This document shows, one piece after another, positions 18,444 to 28,100 of a stretch of 42,772 nt of DNA. Position 1 is the first letter of the stretch. Each line of letters begins with the position of its first letter. Location of the stretch: positions 1-42,772 of the forward strand of contig JAVERH010000001.1 in NCBI GenBank assembly GCA_034007245.1, in the 5' to 3' direction. Both the position numbers and the translations under genes were made by a program. The DNA is from Coriobacteriia bacterium (GTDB taxonomy: Bacteria; Actinomycetota; Coriobacteriia; Anaerosomatales; Anaerosomataceae). The notes under the pieces are model-generated. The model worked only from the letters and a program-made list of their open reading frames with translations. It did no database searches and was not told the DNA's origin.

Positions 18444-19427
18444 TCAGTACCCGCGTTTGAGGTCCACGGCGTCACGCGGCTCGAGTCCTGCCCGCAGGTC
18501 GTTGAGCGCACTCGTGAGGGCGTGGACCACCTCCTCAGCATCGGTCACCGCCGACACGTGCGGCGTGAGTACCACCTGCGGGTGCTCCCAGTACCAGGCG
18601 TCCGCGGAAGGCGGTTCGACGGGTAGTACGTCGAGCACCGCTCGGCGGAGATGTCCGAGCTCCAGCGCATGCCGGAGTTCGTCCATGACCACGGATGCCC
18701 CGCGGCCGACGTTGATGAAGAGTGTGCCCTGCAGCCGCCCGAAGAGCGTCATCCCGATGCTGCCCTTGGTCTCGGGCGTCAGCGGGAGGGTGTTCACCAG
18801 GACGGTCGTCTTACGTGGTACGGCTTCGGGGTCGGCTGCGGCAGCGGTGTGCGAGAAAGACGGGTGTTCTCGGCCCGTACGGTTCACCCCGCAGGTCACG
18901 AAGCCTGCATTCTGTAGCGCCTCGGCCACTCGCGCGCCGATCGCACCGGTCCCGAGGACCGTCGCAATCGCGCCGTCCATGCAGGTTGCGTCGAGGCGAC
19001 GCCACTCATGGTTCGCCTGCTGCCAACGATAGTCGGCCAGGCGGTGGGTGTCGGCCAGCACATGCGTGAGGACGTAGAGCCCGATCTTCCGTCCCATGTC
19101 GCCGACCGTCCGCGTGAGCAGTACGGTGCGGGGGGTCTCCCGTAGGGTCGGCACCATGGTATCCACACCCGCGCTCATCGCATGAACCCACACGATTCGC
19201 GAGCGATCGATACCGTCAGGGAGCTGGAATCCGGTATAGGCATCCGCCCACTGCAGGTCCTCGTCTGAGAGCGGGCCCTGGGGGATCTCGCGTGTCTCGA
19301 GGCTGGGATGGGAGCTACCCAGGAGCATGATGACCTCTCCGGCGAGGGGGCCCGAAACAAGCAAGCGGCGAATGTTCCTGGCCGGCATCGACGCATCAGG
19401 GCTCTGACTGATCAGGGTGTCTTCCAC
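18444..19427 (-). CDS. D-isomer-specific 2-hydroxyacid dehydrogenase family protein
   Basis: SAGVD, VLGTGAIG, PLTPETKG, INVGRG, AVLDV..VEP, TPHVSA. Confidence 0.9.
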   Translation of the reverse strand: MEDTLISQSPDASMPARNIRRLLVSGPLAGEVIMLLGSSHPSLETREIPQGPLSDEDLQWADAYTGFQLPDGIDRSRIVWVHAMSAGVDTMVPTLRETPRTVLLTRTVGDMGRKIGLYVLTHVLADTHRLADYRWQQANHEWRRLDATCMDGAIATVLGTGAIGARVAEALQNAGFVTCGVNRTGREHPSFSHTAAAADPEAVPRKTTVLVNTLPLTPETKGSIGMTLFGRLQGTLFINVGRGASVVMDELRHALELGHLRRAVLDVLPVEPPSADAWYWEHPQVVLTPHVSAVTDAEEVVHALTSALNDLRAGLEPRDAVDLKRGY

Positions 19428-19726
19428 GGAGCCTCCATAGGATGTTTTGCTGCCTGCAGTCTACGGGCTCGACGCCGAGTCCGCCACACGGGGCGATGGT
19501 TGCTTGCCGCTTCTAAGGTGCGGTTGATAGGTGATGATGATGAGCATGCGACGGTTGTTGAGAAAGGAACGTCTACGACGACTCCCAGCCGCGAGTGCTA
19601 TCAGTCCGCCCGGGCCGTAGACGGTGTCGAGCCAGGTTGTGACCTCGGCGGCTTCTGGCCGTCTGCCGGCGAACGAAGAGGACCTTCTTTGTGTTGCGGT
19701 GCTCTTCTCCGATACAAACAGAGAAG

Positions 19727-19762
19727 TGACAGGAACTGACTGTCAGTCCCGTCCGGTAAGAT
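19727..19762 (+). promoter_or_regulatory. PafBC/RecA-NDp-type promoter motif with overlapping dyads upstream of hsdM
   Basis: TGTCAG-N10-TA-N3-T at 19741-19762; palindrome ACTGAC-T-GTCAGT 19735-19747; TGACAG-N7-CTGTCA 19727-19745. Confidence 0.5.
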
Positions 19763-19834
19763 GAGGCTCAGGTTTGTGATGCCTACGAATGACCAGAGTC
19801 ACCGTGTTCCGCCACCGAGAGAAGAGACGCCTCT

Positions 19835-21403
19835 ATGACCCCATCGACCAAGGAAGCCCAACGCGCCGAGCTCCACAAGACGATCTGGCGCATTGCAAAC
19901 GACCTTCGCGGCTCCGTTGATGGTTGGGACTTCAAGTCCTACGTGCTTGGAATCCTCTTTTATCGGTTCATCTCTGAGAATCTCACCGCCTATCTCAATA
20001 CACAGGAGCGTGCGGCGGGACGCCCGGGCTTCGACTACGCGCAGCTCTCTGATGCTGATGCCGAGTTCGGCCGCGCCGAGACGGTAGCCGAGAAGGGTTT
20101 CTACATCCTGCCGAGTGAACTGTTCGTAAACGTCCGCAAGCATGCCGCAGACGACGAGAACCTCAACGAGACGCTTGAGCGGGTCTTCCGCAACATCGAG
20201 GGCTCGGCAGTGGGCGCTGGCAGTGAAGACGACCTCAAGGGTCTTTTCGACGACCTCGACGTGAACAGCGCCAAGCTTGGCAACACGGTGGCCAAGCGCA
20301 ACGAGAAGCTGGTCAAGCTGCTCGATGCCATCGGCGAGCTTGGGTTGGGCAACTTTGAGGACCACACCATCGACGCCTTTGGTGACGCGTATGAGTACCT
20401 CATGCAGATGTACGCGTCTAGCGCCGGCAAGTCGGGCGGTGAGTACTACACTCCGCAGGAAGTGAGCGAGCTGCTGGCACGGATCACCGTTGTGGGCAAG
20501 ACGCAGGTGAACAAGGTCTACGACCCGGCGTGCGGGTCGGGGTCGCTGCTGCTGAAGTTCGCGAAGGTGCTGGGTAAGGAGAACGTCCGGCAGGGCTTCT
20601 TTGGTCAGGAGATCAATCTGACAACGTACAACCTCGCGCGCATCAACATGTTCCTCCACGACGTCAACTACGAGCAGTTCGACCTCGCGCACGGCGATAC
20701 ACTGACCGACCCGGCGCACTGGGACGACGAGCCGTTTGAGGCGATCGTCTCCAACCCGCCCTACTCCATCAAGTGGGACGGCGACGCCAGCCCTCTGCTC
20801 ATCAACGACCCGCGCTTCGCGCCCGCCGGCGTGCTCGCGCCCAAGTCGAAGGCTGACCTTGCCTTCACGATGCACATCTTGAGCTGGCTCTCGGTGGACG
20901 GCACTGCGGCCATTGTCGAGTTCCCCGGCGTGCTCTACCGAGGCGGCGCGGAGCGCAAGATCCGCAAGTACCTCATCGATAACAACTACGTGGATGCAGT
21001 CATCCAGCTCCCGCCGGACCTGTTCTTCGGCACCACGATCGCGACTTGCATCATCGTGCTCAAGAAGTCCAAGACCGACAACGCGACGCTCTTCATCGAC
21101 GCATCTGCCGAGTTCGTCCGGGGCGGCAACAAGAACAAACTCACCGACGCGAACCGGCAGAAGGTTCTCGATGCCTTCTCTGCTCGCGAAGACGCCGAGT
21201 ATTTCGCTCGCCTCGTTCCGAATACTGAGATTGCCGAGAACGACTACAACATTGCGGTGTCGTCGTACGTCGAGCAGGAGGACATGCGCGTCGCGGTGGA
21301 CATCACCTTGCTGAATGCCGAGATTGCCCGAATCGTCGAGCGGCAGACGGAGCTGCGGACGCAGATTGACATGATCGTCGCGGACCTGGAGAGCGCATCG
21401 TGA
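19835..21403 (+). CDS. hsdM: Type I restriction-modification methyltransferase subunit (type IC-like)
   Basis: IWRIANDLRGSVDGWDFK, GKSGGEYYTP, YDPACGSGSLL (motif I), VSNPPYS (motif IV, m6A). Confidence 0.97.
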   Translation: MTPSTKEAQRAELHKTIWRIANDLRGSVDGWDFKSYVLGILFYRFISENLTAYLNTQERAAGRPGFDYAQLSDADAEFGRAETVAEKGFYILPSELFVNVRKHAADDENLNETLERVFRNIEGSAVGAGSEDDLKGLFDDLDVNSAKLGNTVAKRNEKLVKLLDAIGELGLGNFEDHTIDAFGDAYEYLMQMYASSAGKSGGEYYTPQEVSELLARITVVGKTQVNKVYDPACGSGSLLLKFAKVLGKENVRQGFFGQEINLTTYNLARINMFLHDVNYEQFDLAHGDTLTDPAHWDDEPFEAIVSNPPYSIKWDGDASPLLINDPRFAPAGVLAPKSKADLAFTMHILSWLSVDGTAAIVEFPGVLYRGGAERKIRKYLIDNNYVDAVIQLPPDLFFGTTIATCIIVLKKSKTDNATLFIDASAEFVRGGNKNKLTDANRQKVLDAFSAREDAEYFARLVPNTEIAENDYNIAVSSYVEQEDMRVAVDITLLNAEIARIVERQTELRTQIDMIVADLESAS

Positions 21404-22581
21404 GCCGGATCGACGAGTTGATCCAGCAACTGTGCTCGGAAGGTGTGCTGCACAAACCGCTCGGGTCACTATGCGATGTGTTCAGCGGATGTGCATTTGA
21501 ATCCCGCCTGTTCAACTCCGCTGGAATCGGTCTTCCACTTATACGCATCCGTGACATCAACACCGGGTTCTCGGAGACCTATTTCTCCGGTCAGTACGAC
21601 CCTCGGTACGTCGTTAACAACGGGGATTTGCTCATCGGGATGGACGGCGACTTCAGAGCCGTGCGTTGGCGCCATGGGAGGGCGCTGCTCAACCAGCGGG
21701 TTTGCCGACTTCAGGGTTTCGCAGAGGCCATGCTCCCGGACTTCATGTACTACTACGTCCAGGGCGTCCTCAATCGAGTGCAGCAAGGCACGCAGCAGTC
21801 CACTGTGAAGCACCTATCATCGCGAGAGCTGGTGCACGAAACGATCCCCGTTCCGCCTCTTGAAGTGCAGCAGGAGATCGTGCGGGTGCTTGATCTGTTC
21901 ACGACGCTGGAAGCGGAGCTGGAAGCGGAGCTGGAAGCGGAGCTGGAAGCCCGGCGGCGTCAGTATGCCCACTACCGAGACTCGCTCCTGACCTTCCCCG
22001 AGGGGGGGGTCCGGTGGGCGACGCTGGGTGACTTGGGCCGAGTCTCCATGTGCAAGCGTGTCTTCAAGAGTGACACTGGACCTTGTGGCGACATCCCGTT
22101 CTTCAAGATTGGGACGTTCGGCGGCACACCTGACGCCTTCATTTCGCGCGATCTTTACGAGGAGTATCGAAACCGCTACTCGTTCCCCAAGAGAGGGGAT
22201 GTCCTAATCTCTGCCGCTGGCACAATCGGACGTGTTATTCCGTACGATGGCGAGCCCGCGTACTTCCAAGACTCCAACATTGTCTGGATCGACAACGATG
22301 AGTCGCTCGTCACGAACGACTTCCTGCGCCACTGGCTCCGGGTGATTAACTGGACCACTGACGGAGGGACTATCCAGCGCCTCTACAACGAGAACATCCG
22401 CCGCGCCAGAATTCCCGTCCCTCCCCTCGAAGAGCAGGCTCGCATCGTCGCAATCCTCGACAAGTTCGACGGGCTCGTGAACGACCTCTCGATCGGTCTG
22501 CCGGCCGAGCTCGCCGCTCGGCGCAAGCAGTACGAGTACTACCGTGACCGCTTGCTGACCTTTGAGGAGGCGGTTGCGTGA
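21400..22581 (+). CDS. hsdS: Type I R-M specificity subunit
   Basis: Two TRDs, each followed by IPVPPLE.Q..IV..LD.F and RRxQYxxYRDxLLTF; GTGA overlaps with neighbours. Confidence 0.96.
   Translation: MSRIDELIQQLCSEGVLHKPLGSLCDVFSGCAFESRLFNSAGIGLPLIRIRDINTGFSETYFSGQYDPRYVVNNGDLLIGMDGDFRAVRWRHGRALLNQRVCRLQGFAEAMLPDFMYYYVQGVLNRVQQGTQQSTVKHLSSRELVHETIPVPPLEVQQEIVRVLDLFTTLEAELEAELEAELEARRRQYAHYRDSLLTFPEGGVRWATLGDLGRVSMCKRVFKSDTGPCGDIPFFKIGTFGGTPDAFISRDLYEEYRNRYSFPKRGDVLISAAGTIGRVIPYDGEPAYFQDSNIVWIDNDESLVTNDFLRHWLRVINWTTDGGTIQRLYNENIRRARIPVPPLEEQARIVAILDKFDGLVNDLSIGLPAELAARRKQYEYYRDRLLTFEEAVA
21906..21950 (+). repeat. 12-bp tandem repeat GCTGGAAGCGGA (about 3.75 copies) encoding (LEAE)n in the HsdS central helix
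   Basis: Read directly from the sequence. Confidence 0.95.
22002..22009 (+). repeat. G8 homopolymer between the HsdS central conserved region and TRD2
   Basis: CCCGA-GGGGGGGG-TCCGG; currently in frame (FPEGGVRW). Confidence 0.85.
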
Positions 22582-23474
22582 CAGGCAAGCACATCGAGAT
22601 GTTCCTCGTTGAGGGCGTACCGGGCGGGATCACCACGGCGGAGATCGCCGGCTGGACGGGCCACGTGCTCGCGGGGCCGCGCTCTGACCTTGGCGACATA
22701 CTCAAGCGTCCGGAGGCAAAGCGGAACGGGGCCTACTTTCTTCTCGGCGATGATGAGGAGGCGCTGGGTGGCGTCCGTTGCTACATCGGGCGCACGGAGA
22801 ACTTCATCAACCGCTTCCGTGATCACTCCGCCAAGAAGGAGTTCTGGGACCGGGTCATTCTCATCACCTCCAAGGATGATTCGTTCACCGAGGGACACTG
22901 GGGCTATCTGGAGTGGCGGCTCGTGGAACTCGCGAAGCTGGCAGCTCGCGTCACGCTGGCCAACGGCAACGACCCGCGGGGCAGGAGGCTCTCCGAGGCG
23001 CAGGCCTCGGACATGGAGGCCTTTTTGGACCAGTTGCATATCGTCCTACCGGTACTCGGCGTGAACGCAATTCGCGTCCGTAAGGCGGCGCCCGAATCGT
23101 CGACTGCGTCCGTGGACTCACCGGTGTTCACGCTCACCAACAAGAAGCACAAGGTCGACGCACGGGCGCAGCAGCTCGGCGACGAGTTCACAATGCTGGA
23201 GGGGTCGCAGGTCGTCGCCAGAGGGGCTGAGACCGGCAAGGCTGAAAGCACCGAGCGATCGTACGCCTCTTATCGGGAGCAGCATCGCAAGCTCCTCGCG
23301 GACGGCTCCATCGAAGTGCGAGGCGATGTTGGCATTCTAACGCGCGACGTTCCCTTTGGCTCACCCTCAACCGCGGCAGCAGTCGCTCTCGGCCGGTCGA
23401 GCAACGGGCGCGTTGAGTGGAAGTGCGATGACGGGAGCTCGTACGGCGACTGGGAGAACCGCGGGGTGGAGTAA
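22578..23474 (+). CDS. GIY-YIG nuclease with C-terminal DUF4357 (RAMA-like) domain
   Basis: GAYFLLG...CYIGRTENFINRFRDH..KKEFW, YLE, N; C-terminal DVPFGSPSTAAAVALGRSSNGRVEWK. Confidence 0.9.
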   Translation: MTGKHIEMFLVEGVPGGITTAEIAGWTGHVLAGPRSDLGDILKRPEAKRNGAYFLLGDDEEALGGVRCYIGRTENFINRFRDHSAKKEFWDRVILITSKDDSFTEGHWGYLEWRLVELAKLAARVTLANGNDPRGRRLSEAQASDMEAFLDQLHIVLPVLGVNAIRVRKAAPESSTASVDSPVFTLTNKKHKVDARAQQLGDEFTMLEGSQVVARGAETGKAESTERSYASYREQHRKLLADGSIEVRGDVGILTRDVPFGSPSTAAAVALGRSSNGRVEWKCDDGSSYGDWENRGVE

Positions 23475-23491
23475 GGGGCGAGAGGAGTTGC

Positions 23492-23546
23492 GATAGAAAC
23501 CTCGGAGAATGTTTACAACCTCCGAGGAATCTATCACAATGCGATC
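23492..23546 (+). promoter_or_regulatory. AbiE promoter/operator: 16-bp inverted repeat over a leaderless promoter
   Basis: GATAGAAACCTCGGAG-N12-CTCCGAGGAATCTATC (14/16 match); TTTACA-N17-CACAAT-N6-ATG. Confidence 0.7.
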
Positions 23547-24164
23547 ATGGGACGAGAACCGTCAGAGAGCGCTGTGCGTGCTGCAGAGGAAATCTTCCGC
23601 GCGGCGGGGGGTACACTTCGCACTCGCGAGGCTGCCGCATGCGGTATTCACTACTCGACCCTTTACGGGATGCGGGATGACGGCCTTCTCGAGCAGCTTT
23701 CGCGGGGGGTCTACCGCCTTGCGGAGCTCCCGGCTCCAGGCAAGTACGACGTCGTAGCGGTGGCCGAGCGTGTGCCGGACGCGGTCCTCTGTCTTATAAG
23801 CGCGCTCGACTTCCACGAGATCGGAACGCAGATACCTGCATTGGTGAACATTGCAATAGGACCCAAGGACTGGCATCCGCAGTTCGAATACCCACCCGTT
23901 CGGGTGTATCGGATGTCGGGTGAGGCTCTTAAGGCGGGTGTGGAAGAGCACACGATCGATGGAACTCCGGTCAAGGTGTTCAGCCCGGCGAAGACGGTCG
24001 CCGACTGCTTCAAGTTCAGGAACAAGGTGGGGCTGGACGTCGCACTTGAAGCGCTTCGGGAGACGCTTCGGAGCCGGAAGGCAACGCGTGGCGAGATCAT
24101 GCACTACGCCGCCATCGATCGAGTCACGAAGATTGTTCGTCCGTACCTGGAGGCGATGGAATGA
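23547..24164 (+). CDS. abiEi: Type IV TA antitoxin, AbiEi family
   Basis: N-terminal wHTH with LEQLSRGVYRL, CLISALDFHEI, FSPAKTVADCFKFRNKVGLDVALEAL. Confidence 0.92.
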   Translation: MGREPSESAVRAAEEIFRAAGGTLRTREAAACGIHYSTLYGMRDDGLLEQLSRGVYRLAELPAPGKYDVVAVAERVPDAVLCLISALDFHEIGTQIPALVNIAIGPKDWHPQFEYPPVRVYRMSGEALKAGVEEHTIDGTPVKVFSPAKTVADCFKFRNKVGLDVALEALRETLRSRKATRGEIMHYAAIDRVTKIVRPYLEAME

Positions 24165-25072
24165 GTCGGCGCGAACTCAGAAACGTGCCCGCCTCGGTTC
24201 GTGCACTTCTGCTCAACGAAGCCAGGGCAAGCGGTGACTCGTTCGATCAAGTGCTCCAGTACTTCGCCATCGAACGCTTTCTCTATCGTCTGTCGAGGAC
24301 CGCTTGGAGTGAGCGCTTCATTATCAAGGGTGCCACCATGCTCCGGGCCTGGGGCGGATCGCTTGGGCGGCCGACACGGGACATCGACTTTCTCGGCCGG
24401 GTCGACAACTCTCCCGAAGCTATTCTAGGAGTGGTGCGCGAGTGTCTCGCGGTTGAGTATCCCGACGACGGGATTGTTTTCGACCGTGAACTTGAGACGG
24501 TCGCAATCAACACGGAACGGGTCTATCCCGGAGTCAGGGTGGTGCTGCGAGGCAACCTAGATGGAGCCACATTCAAGCTTCAGCTCGACATCGGGATCGA
24601 TGACGCGGTTGTACCGGATCCTGCGTGGATCGAGTATCCAACCCTTCTGGATCTTGCCGCGCCGCGCATCCTGGCCTATCAGCCAACAACGGCGCTCGCG
24701 GAGAAGTACGAGACAATCGTAGACAGAGACGTTGATAACAGCCGTCTGCGGGATTACTACGACATATGGCTTGTATCAGAATCCCGATCGATCCTTGGGT
24801 CTGAGTTGTCGGCCGCTATCGCCGCAACGTTTGCACATCGCGGGACGCCACTCACCGCCGAGACCCCGCTGGGCCTCACCAAGATCTTCTATGAGAACCC
24901 AGCGGCACGGAGTCGGTGGAGTTCGTTCCTGATGACCAAGCGGGTTGATGCACCAAGTGACCTCGCGGCCGTTTGCGCAGCGATCGTCACGTTCATCATG
25001 CCACCGGCGATTGCTGCTGCCTCGGGAACGCAGTTCGCTCTAATGTGGGACCCGTCGACAGGCTGGGCGTGA
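24161..25072 (+). CDS. abiEii: AbiEii/AbiGii nucleotidyltransferase toxin
   Basis: ERFLYRL, IKGATML, RPTRDIDF, LAEKYE, NSRLRDYYD; ATGA overlap with the antitoxin. Confidence 0.92.
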   Translation: MSRRELRNVPASVRALLLNEARASGDSFDQVLQYFAIERFLYRLSRTAWSERFIIKGATMLRAWGGSLGRPTRDIDFLGRVDNSPEAILGVVRECLAVEYPDDGIVFDRELETVAINTERVYPGVRVVLRGNLDGATFKLQLDIGIDDAVVPDPAWIEYPTLLDLAAPRILAYQPTTALAEKYETIVDRDVDNSRLRDYYDIWLVSESRSILGSELSAAIAATFAHRGTPLTAETPLGLTKIFYENPAARSRWSSFLMTKRVDAPSDLAAVCAAIVTFIMPPAIAAASGTQFALMWDPSTGWA

Positions 25073-25141
25073 TGGTGCTTTTCAAGAAGAACAAGAAGAA
25101 GGGCTGACGCTCGTCAGCACAGCGGATCTTTGGGGGACTGG

Positions 25142-28100
25142 ATGCTTGACGTACGAGGCGTGCGCTACGACCCGATCGCCGTAAGCGCGGAGAGTACGGT
25201 CGTTTCCGAGTACTACCCAGAGACCGGGGAGGAGACGGCGTATCAGTCTGAGGCCGCCTTGGAGCAGGCATTCATCAAGCTCCTTGAGTCTCAAGCCTAT
25301 GAGTACCTGCCGCTCACGAGCGAATCCGAGCTTATCGCGAACCTGCGCACTCAGCTTGAGACCCTCAATGGAATCACGTTCAGCGATGCCGAGTGGGAGC
25401 GGTTCTTCTCGGAGAGGATCGCCGGCGCGAATGAAGGCCCAACGGAGAAGACGGTTCGCATCCAAGAGGACCACGTCCAGCTTCTGAAGCGCGACGACGG
25501 TTCCACCAAGAACGTCAGCCTCATCGACAAGGCGAACATCCACAACAATCGGCTGCAAGTCATCAACCAGTACGAGGTCGCCGAGGGAGAGGGCGGCGCG
25601 GCCCGTTCGAACCGCTACGACGTGACGGTACTGGTCAACGGCTTGCCGATGGTGCATGTTGAACTCAAGCGGCGCGGCGTGGATGTGCGCGAGGCGTTCA
25701 ACCAGATCAACCGCTATCAGCGTGACAGCTTCTGGGCGGGGTCAGGCCTTTTCGACTACGTGCAGCTCTTCGTGATCAGCAACGGCACGCTCACGAAGTA
25801 CTACTCCAACACGACTCGTCGTCAGCACGTGAGCGAGATGGCCGGATCCAAGCGGACTCGGAAGACCTCGAACTCCTTCGAGTTCACCTCGTGGTGGGCC
25901 GATGCGACCAACAGGCCCATCGAGGACCTGCCGGCGTTCGCCAAGACGTTCTTTGCGAAACACGCGCTGCTGAACATCCTGACTAAGTACTGCGTGCTGA
26001 CCGCCGACCGGATGCTGCTTGTGATGCGACCGTACCAGATCGTCGCGACGGAGCGCATTCTGCAGAAGATCGAGATCTCCACGAACTATCGTCAGCTCGG
26101 CAAGGTCACCGCAGGTGGCTACATCTGGCATACGACCGGTAGTGGCAAGACGCTCACGAGCTTCAAGACAGCGCAGCTGGCGACCAAGCTCCCAAGCGTC
26201 GACAAGGTGCTCTTTGTCGTCGACCGCAAGGACCTCGACTACCAGACCATGCGCGAGTACGACCGCTTCGAGAAGGGTGCCGCGAACTCAAACACCTCGA
26301 CGGCCGTGCTCAAGCGCCAACTGGAAGACCCCTCGGCGAAGATCATCATCACGACCATCCAGAAGCTCTCGACCTTCATCGCTGCGAACAAAGGCCACAG
26401 CATCTATGACGGACATGTCGTCATCATCTTCGATGAGTGCCATCGCTCCCAGTTTGGCGACATGCACACCGCGATCACCAAGGCGTTCAAGCGCTACAAT
26501 CTTTTTGGCTTCACGGGGACGCCGATCTTCTCGGCAAACGCGGGCAGCGGCGGCAATCCGCAGCTCAAGACCACGGAGCAGGCGTTTGGCGAGAAGCTGC
26601 ACACCTACACGATCGTCGATGCGATCAGTGACAAGAACGTGCTGCCGTTCCGCATCGACTACGTGAATACCATCAAGCTGCCGGAGAGCATCACTGACGA
26701 GCAGGTCTCGGCGATCGACACGGAGAAGGCGCTGCTTGCTCCCGAGCGAATCAGGCAGATCGTTGCCTACACGCTGGAGCATTTTGACCAGAAGACCAAG
26801 CGCGCCGAGTACTACTCGCTGTCGGGCAAGCGGGTGCGGGGTTTCAATGCCCTGTTTGCTACGGCATCGATCGAAGCCGCCAAGCGCTACTACGGCGAGT
26901 TCAGAGATCAGCAAGAAGGTCTTGTCCCTGACCGCAGGCTCAAAGTCGGGATCATCTTCTCGTACGCAGCGAACGAAGCGGTAGATGACTACCTTGATGA
27001 TGAGGGCTTCGAGACCGACGCGCTCGACCAGTCGTCACGCGACTTCCTCGAGGCGGCGATCCAGGACTACAACTCGCTGTTCGGCACGAGCTTTGACACC
27101 TCTGGCGAGAAGTTCCAGAACTATTACAAGGATCTGTCGGAGCGAATGAAGAACCGTGAGATCGACCTGGTCATCGTCGTGAACATGTTCCTTACAGGCT
27201 TTGACGCAACGACGCTCAATACGCTTTTTGCAGACAAGAACCTGCGCTCCCACGGCCTCATTCAGGCGTACTCGCGCACGAACCGCATCCTGAACTCAGT
27301 GAAGACCTACGGTAACATCGTGTCCTTCCGCGATCTGGAGCAGCAGACCAACGATGCGATAGCGCTTTTTGGGAACAAAGACGCCTGCGGGATCGTGCTG
27401 CTCAAACCGTACGCCGAGTACTACGCGGAGTATTCGGAGAAGGTCACAGAACTACTCGAGGACTTCCCGCTCGGCACGCCGATCATGGGCGAATCAGAGC
27501 AAAAGGCGTTCATCGTGCTGCTGGGGGCGATTCTGCGCCTGCAGAATATCCTTACGTCGTTCGATGGCTTCGCAGGCAACGAGCTCCTCACGGAGCGCCA
27601 GGAGCAGGACTACCGCAGTGTGTACCTGGATCTGTATGCCGAGTTCCGGCGCACGGCGGATGCTGAGAAAGAGTCGATCAACGACGACATCGTTTTTGAG
27701 ATCGAACTGATCAAGCAGGTGGAAGTCAACGTCGACTACATCCTTATCATGGTGGAGAAGTGGCGAGAGTCGCATGGCGATGGCTCCGATGTAGAGGTCC
27801 GAGCTGCGATCAGCCGCACCGTTGACGCGAGCCCCAGTCTGCGGAACAAAAAGGATCTAATCGAGGCATTCGTTGACTCCATCTCGGTTAGCGGGCAGAT
27901 CGATGAGGAGTGGCGAGAGTTCATCCGCGCTCGGCGTGAGATCGAGCTAGCCGCGATCATTGAGTCTGAGGGGCTTCACCCCGAGGAGACACGCATGTTC
28001 ATCGAAACCGCGTTCCGCGACGGCGCTATCCAAAATACTGGGACTGCGATCACCAAGGTCTTGCCACCGGTTTCACGATTTTCGCCCGACGGTGAACATG

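Noticed and set aside
19430-19800. Possible integration site or mobile-element boundary of the defence island
   Set aside because: No tRNA, integrase, transposase or flanking direct repeat could be found by eye.
19799-21469. Long antisense ORFs opposite hsdM (also opposite purB, carB, recQ and the P-type ATPase)
   Set aside because: Shadow ORFs expected from high-GC codon bias; no recognisable motifs.
21906-21950. Repeat considered as a CRISPR-like array
   Set aside because: Contiguous 12-bp units without spacers, inside a coding region.
25082-25102. CAAGAAGAA repeated twice before hsdR
   Set aside because: Short low-complexity purine run with no supportable role.
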